Below, piece after piece: positions 51,443-61,638 of a stretch of DNA of 64,000 bases (position 1 is the first letter of the stretch; each line of letters opens with the position of its first letter). Both the position numbers and the translations under genes were made by a program. The notes under the pieces are model-generated. The model was given only the letters and a program-made list of their open reading frames with translations, searched no databases and was not told the DNA's origin. The stretch lies in contig CAVTHS010000007.1 of assembly GCA_963734535.1 (NCBI GenBank), forward strand, positions 32,001-96,000, in the 5' to 3' direction. Source of the DNA: an uncultured Chloroflexia bacterium (GTDB lineage Bacteria > Chloroflexota > Limnocylindria > Limnocylindrales > CSP1-4).

Positions 51443-53371
51443 ATGACGCAGCGGCCAGCCGCGAGCTCGATCCGGGTGCGCCGCGCCCTGGCGGCGCTCG
51501 TGGCGCTGCCGATCTTCCTGTGGCTCGCGGCCGGTACCGCATCCGCGCACGCGATCCTCGAGTCCGTCGACCCGGCCGATGGGTCGACCCTCTCGAGCGC
51601 CCCCCCGATCGTGCGGCTGGTGTTCTCCGAGCCCGTGGACCCGTCCCTCGCGACGATCGGGCTGCTGGACGCGGCCGGCCGCGCGGTCTCCGGGGTCGTG
51701 GTCGGCGCCGATCCGTCCGACCCGGCTGCGCTCGACGTCTCGCTGCCGGCCCTCTCGCCGAGCGCCTACAGGCTCGCCTGGCGGGTGGTCGACGAGCAGG
51801 ACTTCCATGTCACGACAGGAACGGTCGTCTTCGGCATCGGGGCGCCCGCGCCCGCGCCGGCCGCCGAGCAGGTCGCGGGCGCGAACCTCCCCGAGGTGGG
51901 CCTGCGCTGGCTGGCCCTCGCCCTGCTCGCGGCCGCCTGCGGCGGCCTCCTGCTGCTGGTCGTCGTCCTCCGGCTGCCAGCCCGCTTCGACGGACCGGCG
52001 CTCGCGCTCCGGCGGCGGCTCGTGCGGGTCGCGACCGGCGCGAGCGGCGCGGCGATCCTCGCCAACGGCAGCCTGTTCCTCCTCCAGGCGAACGGGGCGG
52101 GCGGAACGGGCATCGACCCGGCAGCACTCCTGGGGACCACGTTCGGGACGGCCTGGGCGATCGAGGAGGCCGTGCTCACGGTCCTCTGCGTCGTCCTGGT
52201 CCGTGCCATGCGCCGCAGTCCGGCCGGCGCGCCGAGCCTCCGCGTCGCCCTCGTCGGCGGCCTGCTGTTCGGTCTCGCCGGAGTCCAGGCCCTGACCGGC
52301 CACGTCACCACGGGCCCGGCCCAGGAGACGCCGATCCGCTGGATCGCGCTGACCGTCCACCTCGTCGCCATGCTGGCGTGGGTCGGCGGGCTCGCCGCCC
52401 TGGCGATCGGCGTCGGGCCGCTGCTCCGGGGACCACGCGCCAACGTCGGGCTCGCCCGGGCAGTGCTGGGACGATTCTGGCTGATTGCGGCGCCCGCCCT
52501 CGCCGCCCTCGCCGTCACGGGGCTGTACCTCGGGGGGCAGCTCGTCGCATCGGCGGACGCGCTCCTCCTCACGGCCTATGGCCAGGCGCTCCTCGTCAAG
52601 ACCGGCCTCGCGCTCGTTGCCGTGATGCTCGGTGCGCTCAATGCGGCGGCGCTGCATCCGGGCCTCTTCGCCCGGGTGCGCCGGGTCGCACCCTTCGCGC
52701 TCCGACTCGTCCCATCGCGGGCCCGGCTTCGCGCCGTCGTCGCCGTGGAGGCCAGCGCCGCGCTCGCGGTCGTCCTGGCGGCGGCGTTCATGAGCGCCAG
52801 CCCACCCGCCCGCGGGCCCCGGTTCGATCCGGTGCCGGCTGTCGTCACCCAGGCGCCGGTCGCAGCCCGGGCCGACGATCTCCTGGTGACCCTGGCGATC
52901 CGGCCCGATCGCCCCGGACCGAACTTCGCCGACATCGGCGTGCTCGACACCCGCCGGCCGGCCCCGGCGCCGATCGACACCGTCAGCGTACGCCTGATTC
53001 CACCGACCGGCACCGGCGTGACCGCGCTCCAGGCGCGCGCAACCGCGCCCGGCCGCTACGAGATCGACAACTTGCCCATCGACCAGGGCGGGGCGTGGCG
53101 CCTGGCGATCGAGATCGGCCGAGCAGGACTGCCGCCGGCCTCGGTCGTGCTTCCCTGGGCCGTCGCGCCGGCGCTCGCCGCGCCCCATCCGGTGCTCGTC
53201 TCCGACGCGCCGCTCGCGCCACTCGCGACCCCGCTGGCGATCGCGCTGGCGGCCCTCTTCGGTGCCCTTGCCATCGCCGTCGTCGCCCGGCGCCGAGGGG
53301 TCCGCCCGGGGCGGACCGTCGCCGCACTCACCGCCAGCCCGCCGGCAGCCCCTTCAGGAAGTGAGATATGA
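51443..53371 (+). CDS. CopC/CopD (YcnJ-like) copper uptake/resistance fusion protein
   Basis: Signal peptide then AHAIL..DP.DG (N-terminal His), FSEPV, WRVV...DFH; CopD region with TGH, HLVAMLAWVGG, YGQALLVK; C-terminal extracellular domain. Confidence 0.9.
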   Translation: MTQRPAASSIRVRRALAALVALPIFLWLAAGTASAHAILESVDPADGSTLSSAPPIVRLVFSEPVDPSLATIGLLDAAGRAVSGVVVGADPSDPAALDVSLPALSPSAYRLAWRVVDEQDFHVTTGTVVFGIGAPAPAPAAEQVAGANLPEVGLRWLALALLAAACGGLLLLVVVLRLPARFDGPALALRRRLVRVATGASGAAILANGSLFLLQANGAGGTGIDPAALLGTTFGTAWAIEEAVLTVLCVVLVRAMRRSPAGAPSLRVALVGGLLFGLAGVQALTGHVTTGPAQETPIRWIALTVHLVAMLAWVGGLAALAIGVGPLLRGPRANVGLARAVLGRFWLIAAPALAALAVTGLYLGGQLVASADALLLTAYGQALLVKTGLALVAVMLGALNAAALHPGLFARVRRVAPFALRLVPSRARLRAVVAVEASAALAVVLAAAFMSASPPARGPRFDPVPAVVTQAPVAARADDLLVTLAIRPDRPGPNFADIGVLDTRRPAPAPIDTVSVRLIPPTGTGVTALQARATAPGRYEIDNLPIDQGGAWRLAIEIGRAGLPPASVVLPWAVAPALAAPHPVLVSDAPLAPLATPLAIALAALFGALAIAVVARRRGVRPGRTVAALTASPPAAPSGSEI

Positions 53372-55671
53372 ACGCCCCGCGTCGCCACAGTCGCCTGCTT
53401 CTCGTGCTCGCCATCTCCGCGCTGCTCAACGGGGCCGTCGGCGCGCCCACGATCGCCGCAGCACCGACTGCCGCGATCGATGCGGCGCTCGCGGCAACGC
53501 TGCGGACCGCCGCTCCCGGCGCGCTGATCCCGGTCATCGTGCGGCTGCGCGACCAGGTCGACATCCGCGCGATCGGCGGCGCCGGCCGTTCCGCCCGCCT
53601 CGCGGCCGTGGTCACCGCCCTCCAGCAGCGGGCCGCAGCGACCCAGGCCGGGCTCCTGGCTCTCCTGGCCGCGCGGCGGGTCGGGGGGCTTGCGGCCTCG
53701 GTGACGCCCCTGTGGATCATCAACGGCGTCGCCGTGCACCTGCGCCCCTTGGCCATCGCGGAGATTGCCGCCCGGCCAGAGGTCGCTTCGATCGCCCTCG
53801 ACCAGGTGGTCACCGCGCCGGCTGCCCCGAGCGCAGCCTCCTCGACCCCGGTCGAACCGAACGTGAGCCTGATCAACGCGCCGTCCGTGTGGAGCCTCGG
53901 GTTCGGCGGCCAGGGCGTGGTCATCGCCAGCATGGACACGGGTGTCGACGCGACCCATCCGGATCTCGCCGCCGAGTACCGCGGCGGGACCGACAGCTGG
54001 TACGACCCGTACGGCCAGCACCCGACCACCCCGATTGACTTCTCGGGCCACGGGACGTGGACGATGGGGCTGATGGTGGGGGGCACCGGCGGGGGAAGCG
54101 CCATCGGCGTCGCCCCCGGCGCGAAGTGGATCGCCGCCAAGATCTTCAACGACGCCGGCAGCGGGACGACCAGCGCGATCCACCTCGCCTACCAGTGGCT
54201 TCTCGACCCGGACCACAACCCGGCGACAGCTGATGCCCCGAACATCGTCAACAACTCGTGGACGCTCTCCAACCCGGGATGCTCGCTCGAGTTCGAGCCC
54301 GACCTCGCGGCGCTCGTGGCCGCCGACATCACGCCGGTGTTCGCGGCCGGCAACTTCGGCCCGACCGCCCCGTCTGATGCGAGCCCGGCCAACAACCCCG
54401 ATGCATTCGCGGTCGGGGCGACGGACAACTCCGACGCGATCGCCAGCTTCAGCAGCCGTGGCCCCACGAGCTGCGGGCGATCGGCGCCGGCCACCTTCCC
54501 GGACGTCGTCGCCCCTGGCGTGGGCGTGCTGACCACGGACCTCTTCGGCCTGTACACCAATGTGGCCGGGACCTCGTTCTCGGCGCCGGCCGTCTCGGGC
54601 GCCATGGCCCTCCTCCTGAGCGCCTTCCCCGCCGCCACGGTGGCCCAGCTCCGCGCCGCGCTCGCCGGCACGGCGGTCGACCTCGGCCCGGCCGGGCCGG
54701 ACGCTACCTTCGGCTCCGGCAGGATCGACGTCCTCGCCGCCTACAACGCCCTCGCGGGCGGGCCCTCGCCCTCCCCGAGCCCGTCGCCGAGCCCGAGCCC
54801 GAGTCGCCGAGCCCCGCCGCCCGTCGCCGAGCCCCAGCCCCTCGCCGTCGCCGAGCCCCGAGCCCGTCGCCGTCGCCGAGCCCCAGCCCGTCGCCGTCGC
54901 CGAGCCCCAGCCCGTCGCCGTCGCCGAGCCCCAGCCCGTCGCCGTCGCCGAGCCCCAGCCCCTCGCCGAGCCCGCCCGAGCCCCAGCCCGTCCCGTCGCC
55001 GAGCCCCAGCCCGCGACCCGTCGCCGAGCCCCAGCCCCTCGCCGAGCCCGAGCCCGTCGCCGACCCCAGCGCCCGCGGTGACCTCGCTCTCGCCGAGCTC
55101 GGGCCCGACCGCGGGCGGCACGACGGTCACGATCAGCGGCAGCGGCTTCAGCACCGCGGCCGGGGCGACCGCGGTCTCGTTCGGCGCGAGCCCCGCCGCG
55201 AGCGTCAGCTGCGGGAGCGTGACGAGCTGCCTCGCCGTCAGCCCGGCCGGCGTCGCCGGGGCGGTCGACGTCCGGGTGACGGTCGGCGGGCAGACGAGCC
55301 CGGTCACCCCGGGCGACCGGTTCAGCTATGTCGCGGCCGCGACCACCGTTCCCGTCGCGGTTCCCGCCCTCACGAGCGGGTACGGCTACTGGGTCACCGT
55401 CACGAGCGCAACGAGCGGGCCGATCAGCGCCGCCTGGACGACCCCCACGTCGGTTCAGGGCACCCTCGCGGTCTACGCCGGCAACCCGTTCGCCGGCCTG
55501 TCGGATCCCGCGCGGCGCAGCCCGCCATCGGGCGCGCTCGCGACGACGTCAGGCAGGCGGCGCTCCTTCAGCGTCACGACGGCCTCCCGGCCGGCCGGCG
55601 TCTACACCCTCTACTTCTACGCCGGCGGCAGCCTGAAGGCGAGCAGCGGCACGGTCACCTACTGGAGGTAG
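53368..55671 (+). CDS. Secreted S8 peptidase 2 with Pro/Ser linker and IPT/TIG domain
   Basis: MDTG, GHGT, FAAGN, GTSFSAP; PAVTSLSPSSGPTAGGTTVTISGSGF (IPT/TIG); paralog of peptidase 1. Confidence 0.88.
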   Translation: MNAPRRHSRLLLVLAISALLNGAVGAPTIAAAPTAAIDAALAATLRTAAPGALIPVIVRLRDQVDIRAIGGAGRSARLAAVVTALQQRAAATQAGLLALLAARRVGGLAASVTPLWIINGVAVHLRPLAIAEIAARPEVASIALDQVVTAPAAPSAASSTPVEPNVSLINAPSVWSLGFGGQGVVIASMDTGVDATHPDLAAEYRGGTDSWYDPYGQHPTTPIDFSGHGTWTMGLMVGGTGGGSAIGVAPGAKWIAAKIFNDAGSGTTSAIHLAYQWLLDPDHNPATADAPNIVNNSWTLSNPGCSLEFEPDLAALVAADITPVFAAGNFGPTAPSDASPANNPDAFAVGATDNSDAIASFSSRGPTSCGRSAPATFPDVVAPGVGVLTTDLFGLYTNVAGTSFSAPAVSGAMALLLSAFPAATVAQLRAALAGTAVDLGPAGPDATFGSGRIDVLAAYNALAGGPSPSPSPSPSPSPSRRAPPPVAEPQPLAVAEPRARRRRRAPARRRRRAPARRRRRAPARRRRRAPAPRRARPSPSPSRRRAPARDPSPSPSPSPSPSPSPTPAPAVTSLSPSSGPTAGGTTVTISGSGFSTAAGATAVSFGASPAASVSCGSVTSCLAVSPAGVAGAVDVRVTVGGQTSPVTPGDRFSYVAAATTVPVAVPALTSGYGYWVTVTSATSGPISAAWTTPTSVQGTLAVYAGNPFAGLSDPARRSPPSGALATTSGRRRSFSVTTASRPAGVYTLYFYAGGSLKASSGTVTYWR
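54763..55068 (+). repeat. Low-complexity repeat encoding a (PS)n linker
   Basis: Recurrent ccgtcgccgagccccagc units; compensating indels make the middle read as Arg-rich. Confidence 0.85.
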
Positions 55672-55774
55672 CAGCCGGCCGGTTCCGCGCCGCGGGACCT
55701 GCCATCCATCCGGGGTAACGAGGCCGCTGCCCGGCGGCCTGGACTCATCGTTCGTCATCGAGGGGGGAAGGACC

Positions 55775-56209
55775 ATGTCCCATCGAAGGGGGCTCGCGGC
55801 GCTGTGCGCCGCCACCATCGTGCTCGCCGCCTGCGGAGGCGGGACGACGGCGCCCTCGCCGCACACCGCCACCGCCACGGTCGGGGAGTTCAAGATCGCG
55901 CTCGACACCGCCAAGCTCTCGGCCGGCCAGGACACCCTGACCGTCAAGAACGACGGCAAGATCACCCACGAGTTCGTGGTCGTGCGCACGGACCTCGCCC
56001 CCGATGCCCTGCCGACCGGCTCGGACGGCGGGGTCGACGAGGAGGCGACCGACGTGGCGCACGTCGACGAGGTCGAGGACATCGCCGCGGGCTCGAGCGG
56101 CTCGCTGACCGTCTCTCTGCCGGCCGGCAAGTACGTCGTCTTCTGCAACCTGCCCGGCCACTACAAGGGCGGCATGCACGCCGCGATCGAGGTCACCGCG
56201 GGCGCCTGA
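55775..56209 (+). CDS. Blue-copper cupredoxin lipoprotein (auracyanin/sulfocyanin-like)
   Basis: LAAC lipobox, HEFVV and FCNLPGHYKGGM type-1 Cu motif. Confidence 0.88.
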   Translation: MSHRRGLAALCAATIVLAACGGGTTAPSPHTATATVGEFKIALDTAKLSAGQDTLTVKNDGKITHEFVVVRTDLAPDALPTGSDGGVDEEATDVAHVDEVEDIAAGSSGSLTVSLPAGKYVVFCNLPGHYKGGMHAAIEVTAGA

Positions 56210-56239
56210 GGCCCACCCCATCGAAGATCCCCGGGGGAC

Positions 56240-56273
56240 GAGACGCGGCCGATCGCGAGGTCGGCCGCGTCTC
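56240..56273 (+). terminator. Stem-loop with GNRA tetraloop
   Basis: gagacgcggccgatc-GCGA-ggtcggccgcgtctc directly after the cupredoxin gene. Confidence 0.6.
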
Positions 56274-56440
56274 CGCGTCCGCGTCCGGGCGTGGGCGGGG
56301 GCGAAGGAGCGGGGCGCTCGCTTCCGCCCGGCACCCCGCCAGACGCTCGATGTCCCGTACGGTACCCTTGCCGGACCGGCCTGCGTCCTGCCGATCACGC
56401 GGGCGCGCCGGCGTTGACAGGCAGGAGGACACGAGGTCCC

Positions 56441-58310
56441 GTGACGATCACGAAGGGCCACGAGGTGCCGGTCCAGGAGCTGGACCGCGTCACCATCCGG
56501 TTCGCCGGCGATTCCGGCGACGGGATGCAGCTGACCGGCACCCAGTTCTCCCGGACGGCGGCCGTGTTCGGCAACGACATCAGCACGCTGCCGGACTACC
56601 CGGCCGAGATCCGGGCCCCGGCCGGGTCGATCCCCGGCGTCTCGGGCTTCCAGATCTCGTTCAGCTCCAGCGAGATCCACACGCCGGGCGACGCCCCGGA
56701 CGTGCTCGTGGCCATGAACCCGGCCGCCCTCCGCGCCAACGTCCGCGACCTCGCGCCCGGCGGCGCGATCATCGTCAACAGCGACGCGTTCACGCCCCCG
56801 AACCTGGCCAAGGCGGGCTACGCGATGAACCCGCTCACCGACGATTCGCTGCGCTCCTACACGGTCTTCGACATCCCGGTCTCGACCCTCAACGCGCGGG
56901 CGCTCGATGGGCTCGACATGACCTCGAAGCAGATGGACCTGACGCAAGAACTTCTTCGCCCTCGGGATCATGTTCTGGCTCTACGGGCGGAGCATGGAGA
57001 CCACCCAGGCCTGGATCGAGGAGAAGTTCGGGGGCCGGCCGATCGTCGCGGAGGCCAATCGGCGGGCGCTCAACGCCGGCTATGCCTTCGGCGAGACCAC
57101 CGAGATCTTCCACACGACCTATCGCGTGGCGCCCGCGCACCTTGCGCCGGGCACCTACCGCAACATCACCGGCAACGAGGCGACCGCGCTCGGCCAGCTG
57201 ACGGCCTCGAAGCTCGCCGACCGCCAGCTCGTCTACGCCTCGTACCCGATCACGCCGGCCTCGGAGATCCTGCACCAGCTCTCCGGGTGGAAGAACTTCG
57301 GCCTCAAGACGTTCCAGGCGGAGGACGAGATCGCGGCGATCGGTGCTGCCCTCGGCGCCAGCTACGGCGGCGCCATGGGGCTCACCGGGACTTCGGGGCC
57401 AGGGATGGCCCTCAAGGCGGAGATGCTCGGTCTCGCCGTGATGGTGGAGCTGCCGCTCGTCGTGATCGACGTCCAGCGCGCCGGCCCGTCGACCGGGATG
57501 CCCACCAAGACGGAGCAGAGCGACCTGCTGCAGGCGCTCTTCGGCCGCAACGGCGACTCGCCGATCCCGGTGGTCGCGCCGGCGACGCCCGCCGAGTGCT
57601 TCGACTACGCCATCGAGGCGTGGCGGATCGCGCTCCGCCACATGACGCCGGTCGTCTATCTCTCCGATGCGTTCCTGGCCACCGGCTCGGAGCCGTGGCG
57701 GATCCCGGAGCTCGACGCGCTGCCCGACCTGCGCGTGCCCAACCGGACGGATCGCGCGGGCTTCTACCCGTACGAGCGGGACCCGGAGACGCTCGCCCGG
57801 CCGTGGGCGGTGCCGGGCACCCCGGGCCTGGAGCACCGGATCGGCGGCCTCGAGAAGCTCGACGTCCTGGGCACCATCAGCTACGACCCGGACAATCACC
57901 ATCGAATGCAGCAGCTGCGCGCGGAGAAGGTCGCCAGGATCGCTCGCGACATCCCGCCGCTGGACGTCTTCGGACCGCTCGAGGGCGAGCTCCTGATCCT
58001 GGGCTGGGGCAGCACCTACGGCGCCATCCGGAGCGCCGTCGAGCGACTCCAGGACACGGGCCGGAAGGTCGCTCATGCGCACCTGCGCCACCTGAACCCG
58101 TTCCCCACCAACACGGGCGACGTGGTCCGCGCGTACGACCGGGTCCTGATCCCCGAGATCAACATGGGCCAGCTCCGGATGCTGATCCGCTCGATGTTCC
58201 TGGTGGACGCGGAGGGCTTCAACCTCGTCCGGGGCAAGCCATTCACGATCAGCGAGATCCTGGCGAAGGCCGAGCAGGTGCTCGGAGACCCGGTGAGGCC
58301 CACGAGATGA
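56441..58310 (+). CDS. korA: 2-oxoacid:ferredoxin oxidoreductase alpha subunit; single indel near 56945
   Basis: IRFAGDSGDGMQLTG, YPAEIRAP, then after the shift KNFFALG, YPITPASEI, QAEDE, TSGPG, QRAGPSTG.PTK.EQ.D. Confidence 0.92.
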
Positions 58311-59353
58311 CCGACCAGCGCACGCCGTCCGCACCGGACGCGGCTCCCATCAAGCTCTCCCGCAAGGACTTCGCCAGCGACCAGGAGGTCCGCTGGTGCC
58401 CGGGCTGCGGCGACTACTCGATCCTTGCCCAGACCCAGAAGGTGATGCCCGACTTCGGCGTGCCGAAGGAGAACATCGTCTTCATCTCGGGGATCGGCTG
58501 CTCCGGGCGCCTGCCGTACTACATGAACACGTATGGCTTCCACTCGATCCACGGTCGCGCTCCGACGATCGCGACAGGGCTCAAGGAGGCTCGCCCCGAG
58601 CTGATGGTGTGGGTGGTCACCGGGGACGGGGATGCGCTCTCGATCGGCGGCAACCACATCCTCCACTCCATGCGCCGAAACGTCGACATCCGGGTCGTGA
58701 TGTTCAACAACCGCATCTACGGCCTCACGAAGGGCCAGGCGTCGCCGACCTCCGAGTTCGGGCAGAAGACGAAGTCGACCCCGTCCGGCTCGGCCGACTA
58801 CCCGATCCACCCGCTGGTCGTCGCCCTCGCGGCGGAGGCGAGCTTCGTCGCCCGGGCGGTCGATACGCAGACGGAGCATCTCCAGGGAGTCCTGGAGCGG
58901 GCCGGCTTCCATCGTGGGTCCGCCTTCGTCGAGGTCCTCCAGAACTGCAACATCTTCAACGACGGGGCGCACCGCGCATTCACCGAACGGGACGTCCGGG
59001 AGGACCGCCAGCTGGTGCTGGAGCACGGCAAGCCGATGCTCTTCGGCAAGAAGCACGACCTGGGTCTCCGGCTCAACGGCGTGCGCCCGGAGATCGTGCG
59101 GGTCGGCGAGGACGGGATCACCGAGGCGGACATCCTCGTTCACGACGAGACGAGCGAGGACCCGACGATCCACAACATGCTCGCCCGGATCTACTGGCCC
59201 GAGTTTCCCGTGCCGATCGGCGTCATCCGGAACGTGCCTCGTCCAACCCACGACGAGCTGGTGAGTGCGCAGGTCCGGGACGCGATCGCCCGGCAGGGGC
59301 CCGGCGACCTCGCCAAGGTCCTCCGCTCCGGCGAGACCTGGACGGTCCAGTGA
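58307..59353 (+). CDS. korB: 2-oxoacid:ferredoxin oxidoreductase beta subunit
   Basis: WCPGCGD, SGIGCS, IHGRA, GDGD...IGGNH (TPP motif), YGLTKGQ.SPT. Confidence 0.95.
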   Translation: MTDQRTPSAPDAAPIKLSRKDFASDQEVRWCPGCGDYSILAQTQKVMPDFGVPKENIVFISGIGCSGRLPYYMNTYGFHSIHGRAPTIATGLKEARPELMVWVVTGDGDALSIGGNHILHSMRRNVDIRVVMFNNRIYGLTKGQASPTSEFGQKTKSTPSGSADYPIHPLVVALAAEASFVARAVDTQTEHLQGVLERAGFHRGSAFVEVLQNCNIFNDGAHRAFTERDVREDRQLVLEHGKPMLFGKKHDLGLRLNGVRPEIVRVGEDGITEADILVHDETSEDPTIHNMLARIYWPEFPVPIGVIRNVPRPTHDELVSAQVRDAIARQGPGDLAKVLRSGETWTVQ

Positions 59354-59814
59354 CCCCTGCGGAGGGCAGGCCGGGAGCCGGCGTCCTTCGCGTGATCGTC
59401 CTCGCCGACGACCTGATCTGGGCCACCCGGCTGGTCGGCCAGCTCCGGACCGTGGGGGCTCATCCGGTCCGCGCCGGGTCTGCCGACGCGTTCGCGGTTG
59501 CGCTCGCCGACCGGCCAGCTGACGCGGCCGCCGGTCGACCCGGCCACGCCGTGGTGGACCTGACCGCCCGCTCCTACGACGGGCTGGCGGCGGTGCGCTC
59601 CGCCGTCGCAGCCGGCGTCCACGTCCTGTGCGTCGGGCAGCACGACGACCACGAAGTGCGCCGCGCCGCGCGCGCAGCAGGCGCGGACCAGGTGCTCGCC
59701 TACAGGAAGCTCTTCGAGAACGGCCACGCGGTCCTGGCCGCGTGGCTCGGCGTGCCGGCGCCAGCGGCCGGCTCTCTCAACATGCCAGCCAGTCCCGAGG
59801 TTGGGGCCAGGTGA
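59350..59814 (+). CDS. Hypothetical protein, degenerate receiver-like fold
   Basis: VIVLADDLIW...AVVDL...GQH.D...A..AGADQV; GTGA overlaps at both ends. Confidence 0.65.
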   Translation: MTPAEGRPGAGVLRVIVLADDLIWATRLVGQLRTVGAHPVRAGSADAFAVALADRPADAAAGRPGHAVVDLTARSYDGLAAVRSAVAAGVHVLCVGQHDDHEVRRAARAAGADQVLAYRKLFENGHAVLAAWLGVPAPAAGSLNMPASPEVGAR

Positions 59815-61019
59815 CGGGGCCCGTCGCGCCGGTCTCGGTCGCGCCCGCCGTCCGCCCGAGCATTCCGGCCGCGCGCTTCGGCGCGCGGCTCGCAAGGGCG
59901 CAGGCCGGCGTGGCCGAACGCGGCCTGCGGGCGATGCTCGTGAGCGTCGGCCCGGACCTCGTCTATCTCGCCGGCTACGAGGCGATGCCGCTGGAACGGC
60001 TGACGATGCTCGTGGTCCCGGCATCCGGCCGCTCGACGCTGCTCGTCCCCCGCCTGGAGACCGCACCCGCCCGGGCATGCCCGGGCGTGGCCGGAGGCCA
60101 TCTCGACCTCGAGACGTGGGAGGAGACCGAGGACCCGGTCGATCGGGTCGCGCATCTCGTCGGCGGGTTCGGTTCGGCCTTCGCTGGCCGCGCCACGCCG
60201 GATCGGGTCGCAGTCTCGGATCGACTCTGGGCGTTCCACCTCCTGCGCCTCCAGGCCGTGCTGCCGGGCGCCGTCTTCGTGTCGGCGTCGCTCGTGCTGC
60301 GCGACCTGCGGATCGTCAAGGACGCCGACGAGATCGCACTGCTGCGCCTCGCGGCGGAGGCCGCCGACCGCGTCGTCTGGGAGATCGCGCACGGGCGCCT
60401 GGTCGGGCGAAGCGAGGCCGATGTCGCGCGGGAGGTCCGCGACCGGCTCCTCGCCGAGGGCCACGATCGGGCGGACTTCGCGATCGTGGGCTCGGGCCCG
60501 AACTCGGCGTCGCCTCACCACGAGGCGTCGGACCGGATCATCGGGGCAGGCGAGCCGATCGTGCTCGACATCGGCGGGCCGTACGGCGGGTACGGGAGCG
60601 ACACGACGCGAACCATCTGGGTCACCGGGGGCGACGCGACGCGCGGGCCGGACGACGAGTTCCTGCGCCTCTACTCGGTGCTGCGGGCCGCGCAGGCCGA
60701 GGCCACCCACGCAGTCCGTCCTGGCGTCGCCTGCGAGCGGATCGACCTCGTCGCCCGGGAGCTGATCTCGGCATCGGGCCACGGCTCCCATTTCTTCCAC
60801 CGGACGGGCCACGGCATCGGCCTCGAGGGTCACGAGGACCCGTACCTCGTCGCGGGCAATGCCGAGGAGCTCCGACCGGGGATGGCCTTCTCGGTAGAGC
60901 CGGGGATCTACCTCGCGGGCCGGTATGGGGCCCGGATCGAGGACATCGTGATCTGCGGCGAGGACGGCCCGATCGTCCTGAACCAGCTGGACCGTGACCT
61001 CCTCGTCGTCACCGGATAG
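59811..61019 (+). CDS. Xaa-Pro (M24B) peptidase
   Basis: R.VKD..EI, NSASPHH, DIGG...YGSD.TRT, HRTGHGIG...HE, FSVEPGIY, RIED. Confidence 0.93.
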   Translation: MTGPVAPVSVAPAVRPSIPAARFGARLARAQAGVAERGLRAMLVSVGPDLVYLAGYEAMPLERLTMLVVPASGRSTLLVPRLETAPARACPGVAGGHLDLETWEETEDPVDRVAHLVGGFGSAFAGRATPDRVAVSDRLWAFHLLRLQAVLPGAVFVSASLVLRDLRIVKDADEIALLRLAAEAADRVVWEIAHGRLVGRSEADVAREVRDRLLAEGHDRADFAIVGSGPNSASPHHEASDRIIGAGEPIVLDIGGPYGGYGSDTTRTIWVTGGDATRGPDDEFLRLYSVLRAAQAEATHAVRPGVACERIDLVARELISASGHGSHFFHRTGHGIGLEGHEDPYLVAGNAEELRPGMAFSVEPGIYLAGRYGARIEDIVICGEDGPIVLNQLDRDLLVVTG

Positions 61020-61109
61020 CGCGACGGGCGGCCGGTCGCCGTCGCGTGGTCGCGGGACGCGGGCGGGGTCCCGTCCGCGTCGCATCGGGACCGGCGCTAT
61101 GATCCGGCC

Positions 61110-61499
61110 ATGATCGAGCCCACGCTCGGCGCGCCCGAGACGACCGCCGAACCCGTCGTGGTGGATGCCTTGGACGCGGCTGTGGCTGCGGCCGTGGATG
61201 TGGCTGCGGATGCGGCAATTGCCGTCTGCACCCAGGCCCAGCTCCGGCGCTTCATCAAGAGCCGTTCGTACGTGCCCATCCACGAGCTCCGGCGCCGGTT
61301 TGCGCTCCTCGGGGAGGACGACGACGTCACCGGTTTCACCGTCTCGGGTCGACGCGTCTTCGTGGGCCTCCCGGCCCGCGAGGCTCGCATGCTCGGCGAG
61401 CTTGTCTTCCAGGGCGACGTCGGGTACGAGCTCCTCCTCGATCCGACCTCTCCGCTCATCGTCGGCGTCTTCCCCGTCCGGCCGGTCCAGCGCTCCTGA
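61110..61499 (+). CDS. Hypothetical protein
   Basis: Coherent GC3-rich ORF with QLRRFIKSRSYVPIHELRRRF, possibly a winged-helix-like segment. Confidence 0.6.
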   Translation: MIEPTLGAPETTAEPVVVDALDAAVAAAVDVAADAAIAVCTQAQLRRFIKSRSYVPIHELRRRFALLGEDDDVTGFTVSGRRVFVGLPAREARMLGELVFQGDVGYELLLDPTSPLIVGVFPVRPVQRS

Positions 61500-61638
61500 C
61501 GCACGGCAGCCTCCTGGGCTGTCATCGAGACGACACCGCGGCGGTCACAACGACCCTTTACCCGGTTCCCGAGCGGGTGCATCCTGCATGCCACAGGCAG
61601 CGGGCGACGACGCACACCCGGGCCAAGAGGGGACTCGA

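Noticed and set aside
54800-55020. Arg-rich ARRRRRAP repeat in peptidase 2
   Set aside because: An out-of-frame reading of a (PS)n linker caused by compensating indels.
56291-59353. 1020-aa KorA-KorB fusion in the ORF track
   Set aside because: An artefact of the indel near 56945. KorA ends at 58310 and KorB starts at 58307 with an ATGA overlap.
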